From the sequence record OP172784: a stretch of DNA of 64,000 bases. The stretch is one strand, 5' to 3'. The notes under the pieces are model-generated. The model was given only the letters and a program-made list of their open reading frames with translations, made no database searches and had not been told where the DNA came from. The stretch's first letter is position 1. Each line of letters begins with the position of its first letter. Of this stretch, positions 63,323 to 64,000 are shown piece after piece. The position numbers and the translations under genes were made by a program. The DNA comes from Escherichia phage ECO07P1.

Positions 63323-63352
63323 GTTTACTTTACGGTAGAGTTGTGATATTAT
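63323..63352 (+). promoter_or_regulatory. T4-type early promoter
   Basis: GTTTAC 63323-63328, 18-bp spacer, TATTAT. Confidence 0.45.
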
Positions 63353-63382
63353 AGCTCTACCAAAATAAATGAGGAAATTGAA

Positions 63383-63619
63383 ATGCTAAGTGAAAAACCA
63401 ATTACTGTTAAAGAATTTCAAGAAAAAGTTAAACTATTTGCTCAGGAATTGGTAAATAAGGTTTCTGAACGATTTCCTGAAACATCGGTTCGTGTTATTA
63501 CCGAAACTCCTCGTTCAGTATTAGTAATTGTGAATCCAGGTGATGGTGACCAAATAACACATCTCAAATTGGATTTTGATGGATTAGTTGAAGCACAAAG
63601 GGTGTATGGCGTACTATGA
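63383..63619 (+). CDS. Hypothetical protein
   Basis: 78-aa ORF with GAGGA SD. Confidence 0.45.
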   Translation: MLSEKPITVKEFQEKVKLFAQELVNKVSERFPETSVRVITETPRSVLVIVNPGDGDQITHLKLDFDGLVEAQRVYGVL

Positions 63620-63954
63620 TGAATTTAACTGATATAATTGATAATTGTCTTGAAAATGATACTGGCGATCATAGAGCGCTTGATTCTGAAACAGCACAGT
63701 TCATTAGAATAACTTTAATGAACGATACTCTAGTGAATAGTATTCATCCTTCTGTGTATGATGCTATTATTGTGACGAAGTATCCAGTTGAGCTTCACAA
63801 AAAGATGGCTGGTGCAATTTTCATTGATAAGAAAAACCGCTTTAAAGATGGGCAGAATATAATTAGTTCTGTTATTAAAAGTATAACTAAACTTCGTCAT
63901 GAAATTTATCGTGTTGAAACTGCTAAATCTGCTTATCTGGTGATTATGAAATGA
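63616..63954 (+). CDS. Hypothetical protein
   Basis: 112-aa ORF, ATGA coupling. Confidence 0.45.
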   Translation: MMNLTDIIDNCLENDTGDHRALDSETAQFIRITLMNDTLVNSIHPSVYDAIIVTKYPVELHKKMAGAIFIDKKNRFKDGQNIISSVIKSITKLRHEIYRVETAKSAYLVIMK

Positions 63955-64000
63955 AAGCGAGTACAGTACTTCAAATTGCATATTTAGTATCACAAGAATC
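63951..64000 (+). CDS. Hypothetical protein, 3'-truncated at window edge
   Basis: ATG at 63951 in ATGA overlap; frame open to end of window. Confidence 0.3.
   Translation, partial: MKASTVLQIAYLVSQE

Overview
This window is a contiguous block of a T4-like (Tequatrovirus-type) virulent coliphage genome, in the opposite orientation to the usual T4 reference. Identifications rest on reading the translated ORFs and on my recollection of T4 proteins; no database search was run. Early and middle genes run left to right on the + strand: DNA polymerase gp43 (3' part), imm, gene 42, a glucosyltransferase, uvsX, 40, 41, dmd, sp, primase 61, an HNH endonuclease, 56, soc, modB/modA, srd, dda, dexA, an uninterrupted gene 39, rIIA, rIIB, denB, ndd, stp, ac, 52, motA, arn and asiA. 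A late block on the - strand carries holin t, gene 38 and tail-fibre genes 37-36-35-34. The + strand then resumes with rnh, dsbA, 33, 59, 32, frd, td (group I intron with I-TevI), nrdA, nrdB (group I intron with a full-length HNH ORF), denA, rnlA, alc and pseT. At least 17 early promoters (GTTTAC, 18-bp spacer, TATAAT-like -10), several TATAAATA late promoters and CUUCGG-type hairpins are visible. I see no CRISPR array, tRNA or rRNA gene, integrase or prophage boundary, and no clearly novel multi-gene system. The points that differ from what I recall of T4 are: a 280-aa glucosyltransferase where T4 has beta-gt; gene 39 not split into 39/60; an HNH endonuclease plus an antisense membrane ORF between genes 61 and 56; an intact nrdB-intron endonuclease; no gene between nrdA and nrdB; a cluster of tiny hydrophobic peptide ORFs between denB and ndd; a tandem paralogue pair; and dispersed promoter-leader repeats. 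The window is dense in known host-takeover and anti-defence genes (dmd, arn, stp, ndd, denB, alc, modA/modB, asiA, rIIA/B, imm, sp).
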